A DNA stretch of 64,000 bases from Parcubacteria group bacterium Gr01-1014_31 (GCA_007376135.1 VMFR01000001.1:142554-206553), one strand, 5' to 3'. Positions 34,885-45,194 are shown, counted from the stretch's first letter. Notes: generated from the sequence alone by a model not told the origin. Made by a program: numbers and translations.

Positions 34885-36105
34885 CTACGGCGCGTACCGG
34901 TGGATGTTCATGCTGCGCAGGATCTCCCCCAGCCGTTGTTCAAAATAGTCGACCGGGGTCACGGTGATCACGCGTAGCCGCAGCCGCAGGTCGCTCCCCT
35001 CCCCGACCGATTCCTCGCGCAACAGCAGCACATACCCTTGGGCGGTGCGCATCGGCGGCGATACCTCCCCGTCCGAAATCTTTTCCGCCGCGGCAAAGAT
35101 CTGAACATCAAGGTCGTCGCGGCCGCGATACCCCAAATCTCCGCCAATTGCACGGCTATCATCGCGATTCACCTCGCTCGCGGTCGCCGCGAAACTGCTG
35201 GCGCCCTCCGCGAGCGACTGATGGATGGATTTGAGCCGTACGGCGGCCGCTTCCCAGGCCTGCGGGTCTTCCCAGAGCTTGGCGCGGACCGCGAGCTCCA
35301 GCAGGTAGGGCCTTACCAAGCGCTCGGAAAAATCATCCAACGACCAACCATAAAAATTCTCCCGCACGCTCTGCTCAAGCCGCTCCCTCGATCCGCTCTG
35401 CGCGATCAACTGCTGCAACTGCGCGTTCACGGCGGCTGCACCGACCTGCACCTGGTACTGTTCGGCCAGGCGGTCGATCGCCGCCTGCCCGACGAAACGA
35501 GTAAATGCCTGCCGCCGCAGTTCACCGTCGCCTTGCGGTCTGCCGGTCCGCACCGATGACCGCCGCAGCATTTCCACGTCGCGCAAATAATCATCCAGCC
35601 AGTATACCCGACCGTCGGCGTCCACGGCGGGGAGCGGCAGGACCCTCGCCAGCGCCGCCACGGCCCAGTTGCTCCAGCCGAATCGGTACGCGCCGACCAG
35701 AACTACGGCGAACAACATGGTTACGAGCGCAGCAAAAATCGACACGGCCAAAAGAGGAGTCCGCCGCCGTCTCTTGGCGGTTTGTGCCGGCCGCCGCGGC
35801 GGTCGGGTCGCTCTCCTTGCTCTTCCCGGCGGCAGCGCCAAAGGAAGCCTCGGGATGATCAACTTCAGCGCACGTGGAACCGACTTTTGCGGCGGAGCGG
35901 CCGCAGCCGCTGCGGTGGTAGTCGTTTTCTTTTTTGGACGCGTCGGGCGCTTGGGTACGCTCGCCTTGACCGCCGACGGCGCGGGCTTGCCGGCAACGAT
36001 CTTGGGGCGTTGCCGGTCCCGCTCGATCCACGCCAGCACCTCACGCCGCATCGCCGACAGTTCGTTTTCGGAAAATGTTTTTCCGTTCGAGGATAGATCG
36101 GGCAT
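34885..36105 (-). CDS. membrane-anchored PpiC/parvulin-type peptidyl-prolyl isomerase (PrsA/SurA-like)
   Basis: Basic, P/A-rich N-terminus, one TM (LLAVSIFAALVTMLFAVVLVGAY), and the parvulin signature GGDLGYRGRDDLDVQIFAAAEKISDGEVSPPMRTAQGYVLLL. Confidence 0.55.
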   Translation of the reverse strand: MPDLSSNGKTFSENELSAMRREVLAWIERDRQRPKIVAGKPAPSAVKASVPKRPTRPKKKTTTTAAAAAAPPQKSVPRALKLIIPRLPLALPPGRARRATRPPRRPAQTAKRRRRTPLLAVSIFAALVTMLFAVVLVGAYRFGWSNWAVAALARVLPLPAVDADGRVYWLDDYLRDVEMLRRSSVRTGRPQGDGELRRQAFTRFVGQAAIDRLAEQYQVQVGAAAVNAQLQQLIAQSGSRERLEQSVRENFYGWSLDDFSERLVRPYLLELAVRAKLWEDPQAWEAAAVRLKSIHQSLAEGASSFAATASEVNRDDSRAIGGDLGYRGRDDLDVQIFAAAEKISDGEVSPPMRTAQGYVLLLREESVGEGSDLRLRLRVITVTPVDYFEQRLGEILRSMNIHRYAP

Positions 36106-36111
36106 ATCACC

Positions 36112-36504
36112 TCACGGTACTTCGCGCTGGCGGCTAAAGAAATAGGACCACCAGGCGCGCCAGGGAGCCTTGTCCCGCGCATTGGCGGCCGGACTCGCCT
36201 CCGGGATGGGAGTATTGGTGGGCACGACGATCACTTTTTCGCCTGGTTTGGCGAGTCCCAACTCCAATCGGGCGCGGCTTTCGGCATACCCTTCAGAATC
36301 AAAGTATTTGATAAGTTCGCTCAACTCGACGTGCCGGGTTTGCAACGTACTGACCTCCTGACGCAAGGAAAGCAATTCGTCGTCCAGCGCCCGCGAGCGG
36401 CGATAATCCTTGACGTACGAAACCGCGACCACGCCGAGCAGCGTCAGCGAGATAAGCAGCACTGCCCAATATCCAAAACGCACGGAGAGATGTCGTGCCG
36501 GCAT
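36112..36504 (-). CDS. septum formation initiator family protein (FtsB/DivIC-like)
   Basis: 130 aa, one N-terminal TM then a coiled coil (DDELLSLRQEVSTLQTRHVELSELIKYF). Confidence 0.6.
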   Translation of the reverse strand: MPARHLSVRFGYWAVLLISLTLLGVVAVSYVKDYRRSRALDDELLSLRQEVSTLQTRHVELSELIKYFDSEGYAESRARLELGLAKPGEKVIVVPTNTPIPEASPAANARDKAPWRAWWSYFFSRQREVP

Positions 36505-36536
36505 AGGAGGAATGGCTCAACCAGTATACCGTTCAA

Positions 36537-39266
36537 TCAATGGTGCGGCGAGAGCACGTTTCGCTGGAAGATCCGACGCTGCCACAGCAGATACTTCATG
36601 ATCTCGATGACGCCCAGCACCGCGAGCGCTAAAACGCCGATCATCACCCAATCGGCGGGCAGCAGCGGAACCGTGCGAAAAACTTTCTGGAAATGGGGCT
36701 CGTACACGGCCAACATCTGCAGCGCCAGTCCGAATCCCACCGAACCCAATAGCCACAAATTTCCCAGCATCGTCTGCTGGAAGATCGAATGGCGCAGGCT
36801 GCGCAAGGAAAAAACATAGATCAGCGAAACGAGCGCCAGCTGCGTGAAGATCAGCGTCCGAAGGTAATCAATGGGAAGCCCGCGCCGGTGTAACACGAAC
36901 AGCAGCGCAAACAGCGGCACGGTGATAGCGACGCTGATGACCGCGATCATCGCTTTTGCCTCATGGCTGATGACCGGCTCGCGTTTATCGCGCGGCGGCT
37001 CGTCCAACACCTCTGGTTCGCCGGGTTCCAAGGTGAGCGCCATGGCCGGCAGGCTGTCGCAAATAAGATTGATCCACAAGATTTGCGCGGGCAGCAACGG
37101 CAGCGGCAACCCGGAAAGCATCGCTGCAGTTACCAGCAGCACTTCCGCCATGCTGTCCGAAAGCAAATAAAGGACGGCCTTGCGGATATTGTCGTAGATC
37201 ACTCGCCCTTGCCGCACGACCGCGACGATGGTATTAAAATTGTTCTCCAGCAAGATGAGGTCGGCGGTTTCTTTGGCCACATCGGTCCCCGAATTCAGGG
37301 CAATGCCGATGTCGGCAGCCTTGAGCGCCGGCGCGTCGTTCACCCCATCTCCGGTCATTGCGACGACCGCGCCTCGGCGCTGCCATGCCGTCACAATGCG
37401 CAGTTTATGCTTGGGCGTGACGCGCGCGAAAATATCGATGCTGCGGATGCGCCGCGTGAGCTGCTCATCGGTCATTCCGTCCAACGCCGAACCGTCGACG
37501 GCCCGATCGGCCGTCGCGGCCATGCCCATTTCTTTGGCGATGGCAACGGCCGTCAGCCGGTGGTCGCCGGTGATCATCACCGTCCGAATGCCGGCGCGTT
37601 GCGTGAGGGAAAACGCGTTCTTGGTCTCCTCGCGGAGCGGGTCCTTCAGGCCGATAAACCCGGTAAATATCAGCCCCGACGGCGGATCACTAAAGTCATC
37701 ATCGGCGCTCAGGCGCCGATACGCCAACCCCAACAATCGCAACCCGTGCCGACTGTGCTCTTCGTACGCTGCCGTCAGTCTCCGGCGCAGCGCCGCGTCC
37801 ATCGGTTTGACCTTGCCGGCCACTTCGGCGAACGACGAGAATTGCAGCACCCGCTCCGGGGATCCCTTGCAGTACATCATGCGCGCATTCTCCACCTGGT
37901 GCAGTGTGGCCATGTATTTAGTTTCCGAACGGAACGGGATCTCATCCAGACGCGGCTCGGCACGGTTCAGCTCGTCTGGGCGCGCACCGACCTGAGCGGC
38001 CGCCAAGAGCAGCGCCGTCTCGGTCGGATTCCCCAGCACCCGCCAATGGCGGAGCTCTTCGTCGGGATTTTCGACCACCGCGTCGTTGCACAACGCGGCT
38101 ATCTTCAGCACCAGTAAGCGTTCCGCCATGCGCGGGTCCTCGACGATCCGGTGAAAATCGTAGTGGTCGTCGGCGGTGATGACGCGTGATACGCGCATCA
38201 CGCCCTCGGTGATTGTCCCGGTCTTGTCCGTACAGATGATGGAGGTGCTCCCGAGGGTTTCCGTGGCCGCCAGACGGTGCACCAGCGCCCCCTGTTTCAA
38301 GATGGCGCGCATGCCGATCGCCAAAATGACGGTCACGATGACCAACAGCCCTTCAGGGATGGCCGAGACTGCCAACGCGACGGCCATATACAGCATGCTG
38401 TCCTCCGGATGGCCATCCGGAGAGAGGAACGGACGGCCCTGCAGCATGCCGATCAACGCCACGATCGCGGCAATGACGCAGACGACGACCGTGAGTTGCT
38501 TGCCGAGTTGCTCCAATTTCAACTGCAACGGGGTCGGCGGCTCACCGGTTTCTCGGACCAACATTGCGATCTGCCCCAATTCGGTTTCGGCGCCGGTGGC
38601 GCAGACGACCGCCGTACCCTCGCCCGAAGCGATCGTCGTGCCGAGGTACAGCATATTCTCGCGGTCGGGCAGCGACGCGCCGGGCGCTAACGTGGTGACC
38701 GTCTTGGGTGACGCCGCGGATTCCCCGGTCAACGGGGCTTCCACCACCGTCAGATCGATGGACTGCAAAAGGCGCGCATCAGCCGGAACGCGATCCCCGG
38801 CGCGCACCACAACGACGTCGCCGGGCACCAGTACATCCGTCGGTACCGCGATCTCGCGTCCGCTGCGCAACACGCGAGCCTTGAAGGTCACTAGCCGTCG
38901 TAATTGCTCGAACTCCTTGGTTGCCTTCCATTCCTGCAGGAAGCCGACGACGGTGTTGATCGCGATGACCGCGCCGATGACGAAAAAATCAAGCCAGTGC
39001 CGCAACACCAAGGTCAGCGCCAGCGCAAAAAGCAAAATGCCGATGACGGGGCTGCGCAGTTGACCGAGAAGAATGACCAGGCCGCCCAAACGCTTCTCCC
39101 GCGGCAGAACGTTGGGACCATGGCGGTGCAACCGGCGGCGTGCCTCCTCGGCGCCCAGTCCGCGGGCGGTGGTATGCAATTTCCGCAGGATCGCCGATTC
39201 CGCGGCGTGATGCCACATCGAAGAATTGGCGGCGGCTGTCGACATACGGACAGTATACCACACCAC
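36537..39266 (-). CDS. P-type cation-transporting ATPase (P2-type, Ca2+/Mg2+-like)
   Basis: DKTGTITEG phosphorylation motif, MITGDHRLTA, VAMTGDGVNDAPALKAADIGIA, and about 10 TM helices. Confidence 0.85.
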   Translation of the reverse strand: MVWYTVRMSTAAANSSMWHHAAESAILRKLHTTARGLGAEEARRRLHRHGPNVLPREKRLGGLVILLGQLRSPVIGILLFALALTLVLRHWLDFFVIGAVIAINTVVGFLQEWKATKEFEQLRRLVTFKARVLRSGREIAVPTDVLVPGDVVVVRAGDRVPADARLLQSIDLTVVEAPLTGESAASPKTVTTLAPGASLPDRENMLYLGTTIASGEGTAVVCATGAETELGQIAMLVRETGEPPTPLQLKLEQLGKQLTVVVCVIAAIVALIGMLQGRPFLSPDGHPEDSMLYMAVALAVSAIPEGLLVIVTVILAIGMRAILKQGALVHRLAATETLGSTSIICTDKTGTITEGVMRVSRVITADDHYDFHRIVEDPRMAERLLVLKIAALCNDAVVENPDEELRHWRVLGNPTETALLLAAAQVGARPDELNRAEPRLDEIPFRSETKYMATLHQVENARMMYCKGSPERVLQFSSFAEVAGKVKPMDAALRRRLTAAYEEHSRHGLRLLGLAYRRLSADDDFSDPPSGLIFTGFIGLKDPLREETKNAFSLTQRAGIRTVMITGDHRLTAVAIAKEMGMAATADRAVDGSALDGMTDEQLTRRIRSIDIFARVTPKHKLRIVTAWQRRGAVVAMTGDGVNDAPALKAADIGIALNSGTDVAKETADLILLENNFNTIVAVVRQGRVIYDNIRKAVLYLLSDSMAEVLLVTAAMLSGLPLPLLPAQILWINLICDSLPAMALTLEPGEPEVLDEPPRDKREPVISHEAKAMIAVISVAITVPLFALLFVLHRRGLPIDYLRTLIFTQLALVSLIYVFSLRSLRHSIFQQTMLGNLWLLGSVGFGLALQMLAVYEPHFQKVFRTVPLLPADWVMIGVLALAVLGVIEIMKYLLWQRRIFQRNVLSPHH

Positions 39267-39346
39267 AAATTTCAGCCTTGGGACAACTGCGTCGATTGCA
39301 AATTAGGCGAAAATATGCTATGCTCAACGCAATTACGTACCACCGA

Positions 39347-39422
39347 GGGTCCATAGCTCAGTTGGTAGAGCAGCTCCCTTTTAAGGAGACGGTCGCAGGT
39401 TCGATCCCTGCTGGACCCACCA
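39347..39422 (+). tRNA. tRNA-Lys (anticodon UUU)
   Basis: GGGTCCA acceptor, anticodon stem GCTCC/GGAGA with loop CTTTTAA, T-arm GCAGG-TTCGATC-CCTGC, discriminator A, CCA encoded. Confidence 0.8.
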
Positions 39423-39430
39423 CCAATTCT

Positions 39431-40237
39431 ATGTTCACGGCCATTTGGGACACCATCGTTTTCAAACCGCTGTTCAACTTCCTCATCTTCCTGTACCAGC
39501 GGTACACCGGCTACAACCTGGGAATTGCGGTGGTCTACATGACGCTGCTGTTGCGGATCGTTTTGCTGCCATTATCGGTCATGGCCGAACAGGGCAAAGA
39601 ATTCTACCGCCGCATTCACACCAAGATCTCGGAGGCTCAGCGCGATTTCGCCGATGACCCGGTCCGCCAGAAGCAGGCCATCCGCGAGCTCCTGAAGCGG
39701 CATAAGATCCGCCCTTGGACACGGGTGGTGGTGCTGTTGTTCCACATCCTTATTTTGATCGCCTTGTACCAGGTGTTCGTTGGTGGTCTGACCCGCCAAA
39801 AATTCGGTGCCCTCTACCCTTCGGTCGCTGCCCCGGACTTCATCAACACGAACCTGTTCTGCTTCGACTCGGTGCACAAGGTCGGCTGCCTGGATATCGC
39901 ACAGTCGAATTTGTGGTTCGCCGCGGTCGTGGCGATCGTCCTCTTCATCGAGATCACACTCTCCCAGCGCGGCTTGCGCAGCAAACTTTCCCAACCGGAG
40001 ATCGTCTACCGCTTCCTTTTTCCGGCGTTCACCTTCGTCGCGCTGGCGTTATTGCCCTCGGTGAAGTCGGTCTTCATTTTGACCTCGCTGCTGTTTTCTA
40101 TTATTATTAGTCTCGGGGGCACGGTATTTTTTTCCGCCGGACGCCGGCGCGAAGCGCAGGCGGAGATTAAAAAAACCGCGCCGCAAACCGCCGATGACCC
40201 GCTAGCGAACAACTACTATGGCCGACAGCCTCGATAA
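39431..40237 (+). CDS. yidC: membrane protein insertase YidC (short form)
   Basis: 268 aa, five TM helices, conserved YidC/Oxa1 core (LLPLSVMAEQGKEF...RELLKRHKIRPW). Start placed at ATG 39431; the ORF-track start lies inside tRNA-Lys. Confidence 0.8.
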   Translation: MFTAIWDTIVFKPLFNFLIFLYQRYTGYNLGIAVVYMTLLLRIVLLPLSVMAEQGKEFYRRIHTKISEAQRDFADDPVRQKQAIRELLKRHKIRPWTRVVVLLFHILILIALYQVFVGGLTRQKFGALYPSVAAPDFINTNLFCFDSVHKVGCLDIAQSNLWFAAVVAIVLFIEITLSQRGLRSKLSQPEIVYRFLFPAFTFVALALLPSVKSVFILTSLLFSIIISLGGTVFFSAGRRREAQAEIKKTAPQTADDPLANNYYGRQPR

Positions 40238-40793
40238 GATCATGTACTCGTTCGTGGTGGAGGACGTCCTAAAGGGCTTCTTCATCCATGTGCCGCCCGG
40301 CTACGTGGCGTGCGTGTACGACCTGGGCCGCGGGGTGCTGCGCAAAGTCTACGAGCCGGGCCTGCACTTGAAGATACCTTTCTGGCAGAAGGCCAAGCTC
40401 TTCAATACCCAAACCCTTGAATACAACATCAATCGCAACTTCGACCCCAACAAGCCGCGTTTAATGGGCGACCTTCCGATCATTTGCAAATCATCCGACG
40501 CCCGTAACGTGAAGGTCGAGGGGACCATCCTGCTGCGGCTGGACATCGATCGCATCCCGGAGATCTGGCAGAGTATCGGCGAGGAATTCGTGGAAAAGAT
40601 CGTCCGACCAACCGTCCGCAGCCGTATGCGCCTGGTCGCGGCCCGCCACCCCTCCTCCGACCTCATTACTTCCAAACGGGACTCGGTCGAGATCGAGGCC
40701 CAGCAGGAACTGGAGCGGGTGTTCTACCCGCGGGGAATCCTGGTGGAAAACGTGCTTTTCTCGGATATTGAAGAGGTTTTTAAGACCTCCTAG
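40218..40793 (+). CDS. SPFH/band-7 (prohibitin-like) domain protein, short
   Basis: SPFH-like core (GLHLKIPFWQKAKLFNTQTLEY...GTILLRLD); only 191 aa. Confidence 0.45.
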   Translation: MADSLDKIMYSFVVEDVLKGFFIHVPPGYVACVYDLGRGVLRKVYEPGLHLKIPFWQKAKLFNTQTLEYNINRNFDPNKPRLMGDLPIICKSSDARNVKVEGTILLRLDIDRIPEIWQSIGEEFVEKIVRPTVRSRMRLVAARHPSSDLITSKRDSVEIEAQQELERVFYPRGILVENVLFSDIEEVFKTS

Positions 40794-40814
40794 CGACCCC
40801 TGACGATCTCAAAA

Positions 40815-40838
40815 ACCCGCCTGCCTGGCGGGTTTTTT
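40815..40838 (+). terminator. rho-independent terminator
   Basis: CCCGCC-TGCCTG-GCGGG hairpin followed by TTTTTT. Confidence 0.6.
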
Positions 40839-40855
40839 CGGCTTTGTAATCGGGC

Positions 40856-40884
40856 TTGTCGGAGGCTGGGGCGACTGCTACAAT
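40856..40884 (+). promoter_or_regulatory. putative dnaB promoter TTGTCG-17-TACAAT
   Basis: -35 TTGTCG at 40856-40861 and -10 TACAAT at 40879-40884. Confidence 0.4.
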
Positions 40885-40905
40885 ACCCCCGCTTCTTCGG
40901 CACGT

Positions 40906-42285
40906 ATGACTACCCCTGAACCGCTGCTCGGACGCGTCCCACCGCAGAATCTTGAGGCTGAAGCGTCGCTCCTGGGGGCGCTCCTCATCGACCGCGATGC
41001 CATCATCAAGGTGTCTGATTTGCTGCACCCGGAGGATTTTTATAAAGACTCCCACCGCCACATCTTCGGTACGATGCTGGAGCTGTTCGAACGCCATGAG
41101 CCCATTGATCTGCTGAACCTGAGCAACCGTTTGGAGGAACGCAAGCAGTTGGAGGGCGTCGGCGGCCGCACCTACCTCACGAGCCTGACCAACCTCGTCC
41201 CCACCGCCAGCCACGTCGTTTCCTACGCTACCATCGTCCAGCGCAAGGCCACGTTGCGGCGGCTGCTGTCGGTGTCCGGCACGATGGCGGAGCTGGCGTT
41301 CCACGAAACCGACGATGTGGTGCGCCTGCTGGACGAAGCCGAGCAGCTCCTCTTTTCGGTCACGCAGCGATACCTGCGGCGGTCGTTCACCCCCATCCGT
41401 GAGGTTCTCACCGAGGCCTTCGATCGCATCGACGAACTGCACAAAGAGAGCGGCAAGCTGCGCGGCACGCCCACCGGTTTCCGCGATCTGGACAGCAAAC
41501 TGGCGGGCCTGCAGAACTCCGACCTTATTATCCTGGCGGCGCGGCCTTCCATGGGGAAAACTACGCTGGCGCTGGACATCGCGCGCCAGGTAGCAGTCAA
41601 GGGCAAAGTCCCGGTCGGCATCTTTTCGCTGGAAATGTCCAAGGAGCAGCTGGTGGACCGCCTGCTGTGCGCCGAAGCGGGCGTGAACCTGTGGAAAATG
41701 CGCACCGGCATGCTATCCGACCAGGGCGAGAACGACGACTTTACGCGCATCGGCCATGCCTTGGGCGTGTTATCCGAGGCACCCATTTTTATCGATGATT
41801 CCGCCAGCGCCAACATTATGGAGATCCGCACCAAGGCTCGCCGTTTGCAATCCGAACATGGGCTGGGCTTGATGGTCATTGACTATCTGCAGCTGATGGA
41901 AGGGCGCGGCGCGGAAAACCGCGTCCAGGAGGTCTCCGAGATCTCCCGCAGCCTGAAGGCCATCGCCCGCGAGCTTAACATCCCAGTCATTGCGCTGTCG
42001 CAGTTGTCCCGTTCCGTGGAAGCGCGCGAGACGCACGTGCCGCGCCTGGCCGACCTGCGCGAATCTGGCTCCATCGAGCAGGACGCGGATGTCGTGATGT
42101 TCATCTACCGCGAAGCCATGTACTCGCGCGACCTGCCGCCGGACCGCAAGAATATAGCCGAGGTGTATATTGCCAAGCACCGCAACGGTCCGACCGGCAA
42201 AGTGGCGCTCTTCTTCGACGAACAGCGCGTGACCTTCAAAACGGTGGAGAAACGGATCAACGACGACGCCGGACCTTCCTTTTAA
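40906..42285 (+). CDS. dnaB: replicative DNA helicase DnaB
   Basis: DnaB N-domain plus RecA-like core (RPSMGKTTLALDIA, Walker B LMVIDYLQLM, arginine finger region). Confidence 0.9.
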   Translation: MTTPEPLLGRVPPQNLEAEASLLGALLIDRDAIIKVSDLLHPEDFYKDSHRHIFGTMLELFERHEPIDLLNLSNRLEERKQLEGVGGRTYLTSLTNLVPTASHVVSYATIVQRKATLRRLLSVSGTMAELAFHETDDVVRLLDEAEQLLFSVTQRYLRRSFTPIREVLTEAFDRIDELHKESGKLRGTPTGFRDLDSKLAGLQNSDLIILAARPSMGKTTLALDIARQVAVKGKVPVGIFSLEMSKEQLVDRLLCAEAGVNLWKMRTGMLSDQGENDDFTRIGHALGVLSEAPIFIDDSASANIMEIRTKARRLQSEHGLGLMVIDYLQLMEGRGAENRVQEVSEISRSLKAIARELNIPVIALSQLSRSVEARETHVPRLADLRESGSIEQDADVVMFIYREAMYSRDLPPDRKNIAEVYIAKHRNGPTGKVALFFDEQRVTFKTVEKRINDDAGPSF

Positions 42286-42306
42286 CTCATTCTTTACACC
42301 CCGCAT

Positions 42307-42594
42307 ATGTTTCAAAAACTGAAACAGTTCAAGGAGTTGCGCTCGGCCGCGAAGACCTTGCAGCGCGAGCTTTCGGGAGAGCACATCACCATCGAACGCA
42401 ACGGCATCACACTGGAACTGGACGGAAACCTTGATGTCCAGCGCCTGACGCTGCCGCCCGGCATGAACCAGCAGGAGCTGGAGCGCCGTCTCCCCGAGGT
42501 CATCAACCAAGCGATCGACAAAGCGCAGCGGGTCGCAGCGGATAAGATCCGTGCCCGCGGCGGACTCGAGGGGCTCGGTTTGGGCAAGAGTTAA
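42307..42594 (+). CDS. YbaB/EbfC-like nucleoid-associated protein
   Basis: 95 aa protein upstream of recR, the conserved ybaB-recR synteny. Sequence similarity is weak. Confidence 0.45.
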   Translation: MFQKLKQFKELRSAAKTLQRELSGEHITIERNGITLELDGNLDVQRLTLPPGMNQQELERRLPEVINQAIDKAQRVAADKIRARGGLEGLGLGKS

Positions 42595-42615
42595 GTCAGG
42601 GACGCGCGCCGTCCG

Positions 42616-43242
42616 TTGTCTCTCGTTGCTGTGGGTTACTACCCCCGACCAATTTTGGAGCTGATCACCCAATTCAGCCGGTTGCCGGGCATCGGCCTGA
42701 AAACCGCTGAACGCTTGGTCGTGTTTTTGGCCGGACGCACAAAAACGGAAGTGGAGCAGTTCGGACGCGCCGTGCAGGCGCTGGCGGCGAGCCTGCAGAC
42801 CTGCGGTGAGTGCGGCAACTTTTCGGAAGGCAGCCCGTGCGCCATCTGCCGCAATACCTCCCGCGACCCGCAGCTCCTCTGCGTGGTGGCAAAACCGCAG
42901 GATCTGCTTGCGATCGAACGGACCGGCCAATTCACCGGGCGCTACCACATCCTCGGCGGCACAGTCGACCCGATCGTGGGCATGACCGTCGAACAGTTGC
43001 GCTTCGACGCCCTCTTGCGGCGTATCAAGCGCGATCAGGTGCGCGAGGTGATATTGGCATTCAACCCGGACGTCCCGGGCGAGGGAACGTCACTGACGGT
43101 CAAACATCTGCTGCAGCCGTTAGTGAAGGAGGGCGGTTTACGGGTGACCAAGCTTGCCCGCGGGCTCCCGCTGGGTTCGGATGTGGAATACGCGGATGAA
43201 GTGACGCTGTCCCATGCCTTAAGCAACCGGCGCGAGGCGTAA
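42616..43242 (+). CDS. recR: recombination protein RecR
   Basis: HhH (LPGIGLKTAERL), C4 zinc finger (CGECGNF...CAICRN) and a Toprim domain. Confidence 0.9.
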   Translation: MSLVAVGYYPRPILELITQFSRLPGIGLKTAERLVVFLAGRTKTEVEQFGRAVQALAASLQTCGECGNFSEGSPCAICRNTSRDPQLLCVVAKPQDLLAIERTGQFTGRYHILGGTVDPIVGMTVEQLRFDALLRRIKRDQVREVILAFNPDVPGEGTSLTVKHLLQPLVKEGGLRVTKLARGLPLGSDVEYADEVTLSHALSNRREA

Positions 43243-43256
43243 CTGCGTTGAAGGTA

Positions 43257-43286
43257 TAAAAAAGGCGGGTGCCCTAGGGCACCCGC
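43257..43286 (-). terminator. rho-independent terminator after purF (bidirectional)
   Basis: GCGGGTGCCC-TA-GGGCACCCGC hairpin with a T8 run on the minus strand. The purF stop codon lies in the loop. Confidence 0.55.
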
Positions 43287-44695
43287 TTGGCGGTATGTGT
43301 GGACGGTACGAACGGCGGGTAGTCCCCCGTCATGCACGCGTCGCAAACGTCGCGGCCTGGGAACAAACGTTCGCGGAACCCGGCGATGGAAAGATGCGCG
43401 TAGCAAGACTGAAAGCCCGAGATCGAAAGATGGCGCAGGCTGTCGGCGCCGATGTGCTGGCGGGTTCCCTCGATCGTCATGCGCGCGGCGATCAATTTGT
43501 CCGTGGTCGGTGTGGCGATGCCGTAGTAGCAGGGCCCAGTGATGCGTGGCGATGCCACCGCAACATGCACCGCGCCGGAACCGACCGCTTTCATCATTCG
43601 AACGACCACCCGAAGCGTATCGCTGCGGACGATGGAATCCTCAACCAGGAAAATGTCGCGACCCCGCAGCACCTCCTGGTTAGGCATGTGTTTCTGCGCC
43701 GCCAGTCGTAGACGGTCGTCTTCGCTGTGGCCTAAAAAGGCGCGTACATCGCGGCCAAGTCGCGTCCGGTTGATGCCACTCATGACCGGCAGCCCGAGGC
43801 GGTAGGCGAACGCGTTGGCCGCATCGCGGCCGGAATCCAGCATCGCTACGACCGCGCTCACTCCGACGGGGATACCCTCACCAGCGAGTACCTCTTCGGC
43901 CAGCACGGTACCGCACGCGGTGCGGAACGGGAAAACGCCGCTGCTGCCCGGGCTCATGAGGTACACCCGCTCGAAGCTGCAGCAGTAGAGCCGCGGCGCG
44001 ACGGGACGATACTGGATCGCCTGCGGTACGAGGTCGGGCCCGATGCGTACCATCTCACCCGGTCGGATCTCCCGCACCTTCGTCCAGTCCGGAGAAAATG
44101 CGCAATCCTCAGAGGCGACCGCGTAGCCGCCGTCGGCGCTGGCCAGCCAGAGTGGGCGGAAACCCCAGGGATCGCGCATGGCGATCAGTTGTGTGTCATC
44201 GATCAGCGCCACCAGGCTCCACGCGCCTTCCACATGCCGGAAGGCTTCCTGCAGGCGTTCGACCAGGGTGTTCCCTGGCGTCTGGGCAACCAAATGCAGG
44301 AGCGTTTCGGTGTCGGATCTGGCCCGGTAGACGGTCTGCATGGTTCGGCGGTATGCGTCGACCGACTTACCGTGGATGGCCACCGTATCGCCGTTGACGG
44401 CGATCGCGATCCGCCGACCGCCGATCTCGCCCACCAACGGTTGGGCGTCTTCCAGACTCCCGGCGGTGGCGTAACGGACGTGTCCGGCGGCGGCGCGGCC
44501 CTGGAACTGATCCAGCGGCAGCCGCTGCGCCAGATGGCTGGCAGAGCCGAGGCGATTCTGGTGCCGCAGCCCCTCCGCGGTCACCGCGGCGAGCCCCGCC
44601 GAATGCGGCCCACGGCCCTCGATCTCGACCATCATTCTGAGGACCGCCGCAGCCGCATCGGGCGTCGGTCCGATGTAACCGGAAACTCCACACAT
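43274..44695 (-). CDS. purF: amidophosphoribosyltransferase
   Basis: N-terminal MCGV class-II glutamine amidotransferase nucleophile, and a PRTase motif (DIFLVEDSIVRSDT). Confidence 0.8.
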   Translation of the reverse strand: MCGVSGYIGPTPDAAAAVLRMMVEIEGRGPHSAGLAAVTAEGLRHQNRLGSASHLAQRLPLDQFQGRAAAGHVRYATAGSLEDAQPLVGEIGGRRIAIAVNGDTVAIHGKSVDAYRRTMQTVYRARSDTETLLHLVAQTPGNTLVERLQEAFRHVEGAWSLVALIDDTQLIAMRDPWGFRPLWLASADGGYAVASEDCAFSPDWTKVREIRPGEMVRIGPDLVPQAIQYRPVAPRLYCCSFERVYLMSPGSSGVFPFRTACGTVLAEEVLAGEGIPVGVSAVVAMLDSGRDAANAFAYRLGLPVMSGINRTRLGRDVRAFLGHSEDDRLRLAAQKHMPNQEVLRGRDIFLVEDSIVRSDTLRVVVRMMKAVGSGAVHVAVASPRITGPCYYGIATPTTDKLIAARMTIEGTRQHIGADSLRHLSISGFQSCYAHLSIAGFRERLFPGRDVCDACMTGDYPPFVPSTHTAKRVP

Positions 44696-44787
44696 GAGAT
44701 ACCTCCCTTCAAGGTACGATTTGGCAAATTGACGAAGAACGAACGGCTCACCACTGTAGTCCTCCCGGACCCTGCGGTCAAGCGCGC

Positions 44788-44820
44788 AAAAAAACCGCCG
44801 TCCGAGGTGCGGACGGCGGC
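44788..44820 (-). terminator. rho-independent terminator after rplU
   Basis: CCGCCGTCCG-AGGTG-CGGACGGCGG hairpin followed by T7 on the minus strand. Confidence 0.6.
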
Positions 44821-44839
44821 TGAAGTTCGGATTTTTGGA

Positions 44840-45145
44840 CTAGATCGAAGTGATCTCGAGCGTAGTTGCCGGGTGGCGGTACCCGTGTTTCCGTCGGTAG
44901 CGCACCTTGCGCTTGAACTTGATGACCGTAATCTTTTTCGCGCGGCCCTGCGCGGCGATCTTGGCCTTCGCCGTACCGCTCAATTCCGGTTTACCGACCG
45001 CGACCTTGTCGTCCCCTTCAAAGGTAAGCAGCACGGGGAACTCGATCGTGGCGCCCACCTCTCCGGCCACATAGTCCACGGTCAAACGGCTCCCGACATG
45101 GACGAGGTATTGTTTTCCGATGCACGTGATGACTGCCTGTTTCAT
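44840..45145 (-). CDS. rplU: 50S ribosomal protein L21
   Basis: MKQAVITCIGKQYLVHVGSRL...KKITVIKFKRKVRYRRKHGYRHP. Start moved to the internal ATG at 45145. Confidence 0.85.
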   Translation of the reverse strand: MKQAVITCIGKQYLVHVGSRLTVDYVAGEVGATIEFPVLLTFEGDDKVAVGKPELSGTAKAKIAAQGRAKKITVIKFKRKVRYRRKHGYRHPATTLEITSI

Positions 45146-45194
45146 ATGCGGAGAATAAGGTATTGCTAGACTATAGCGGAAACCGGTCTCGCCG

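Noticed and set aside
39140-39430. Extension of yidC to the upstream ATG at 39140
   Set aside because: It would read through tRNA-Lys (39347-39422). The conserved YidC core begins at the ATG at 39431, directly after the tRNA.
41770-42948. 392-aa minus-strand ORF overlapping dnaB, the ybaB-like gene and recR
   Set aside because: Antisense artefact; it spans three real plus-strand genes and their intergenic gaps.
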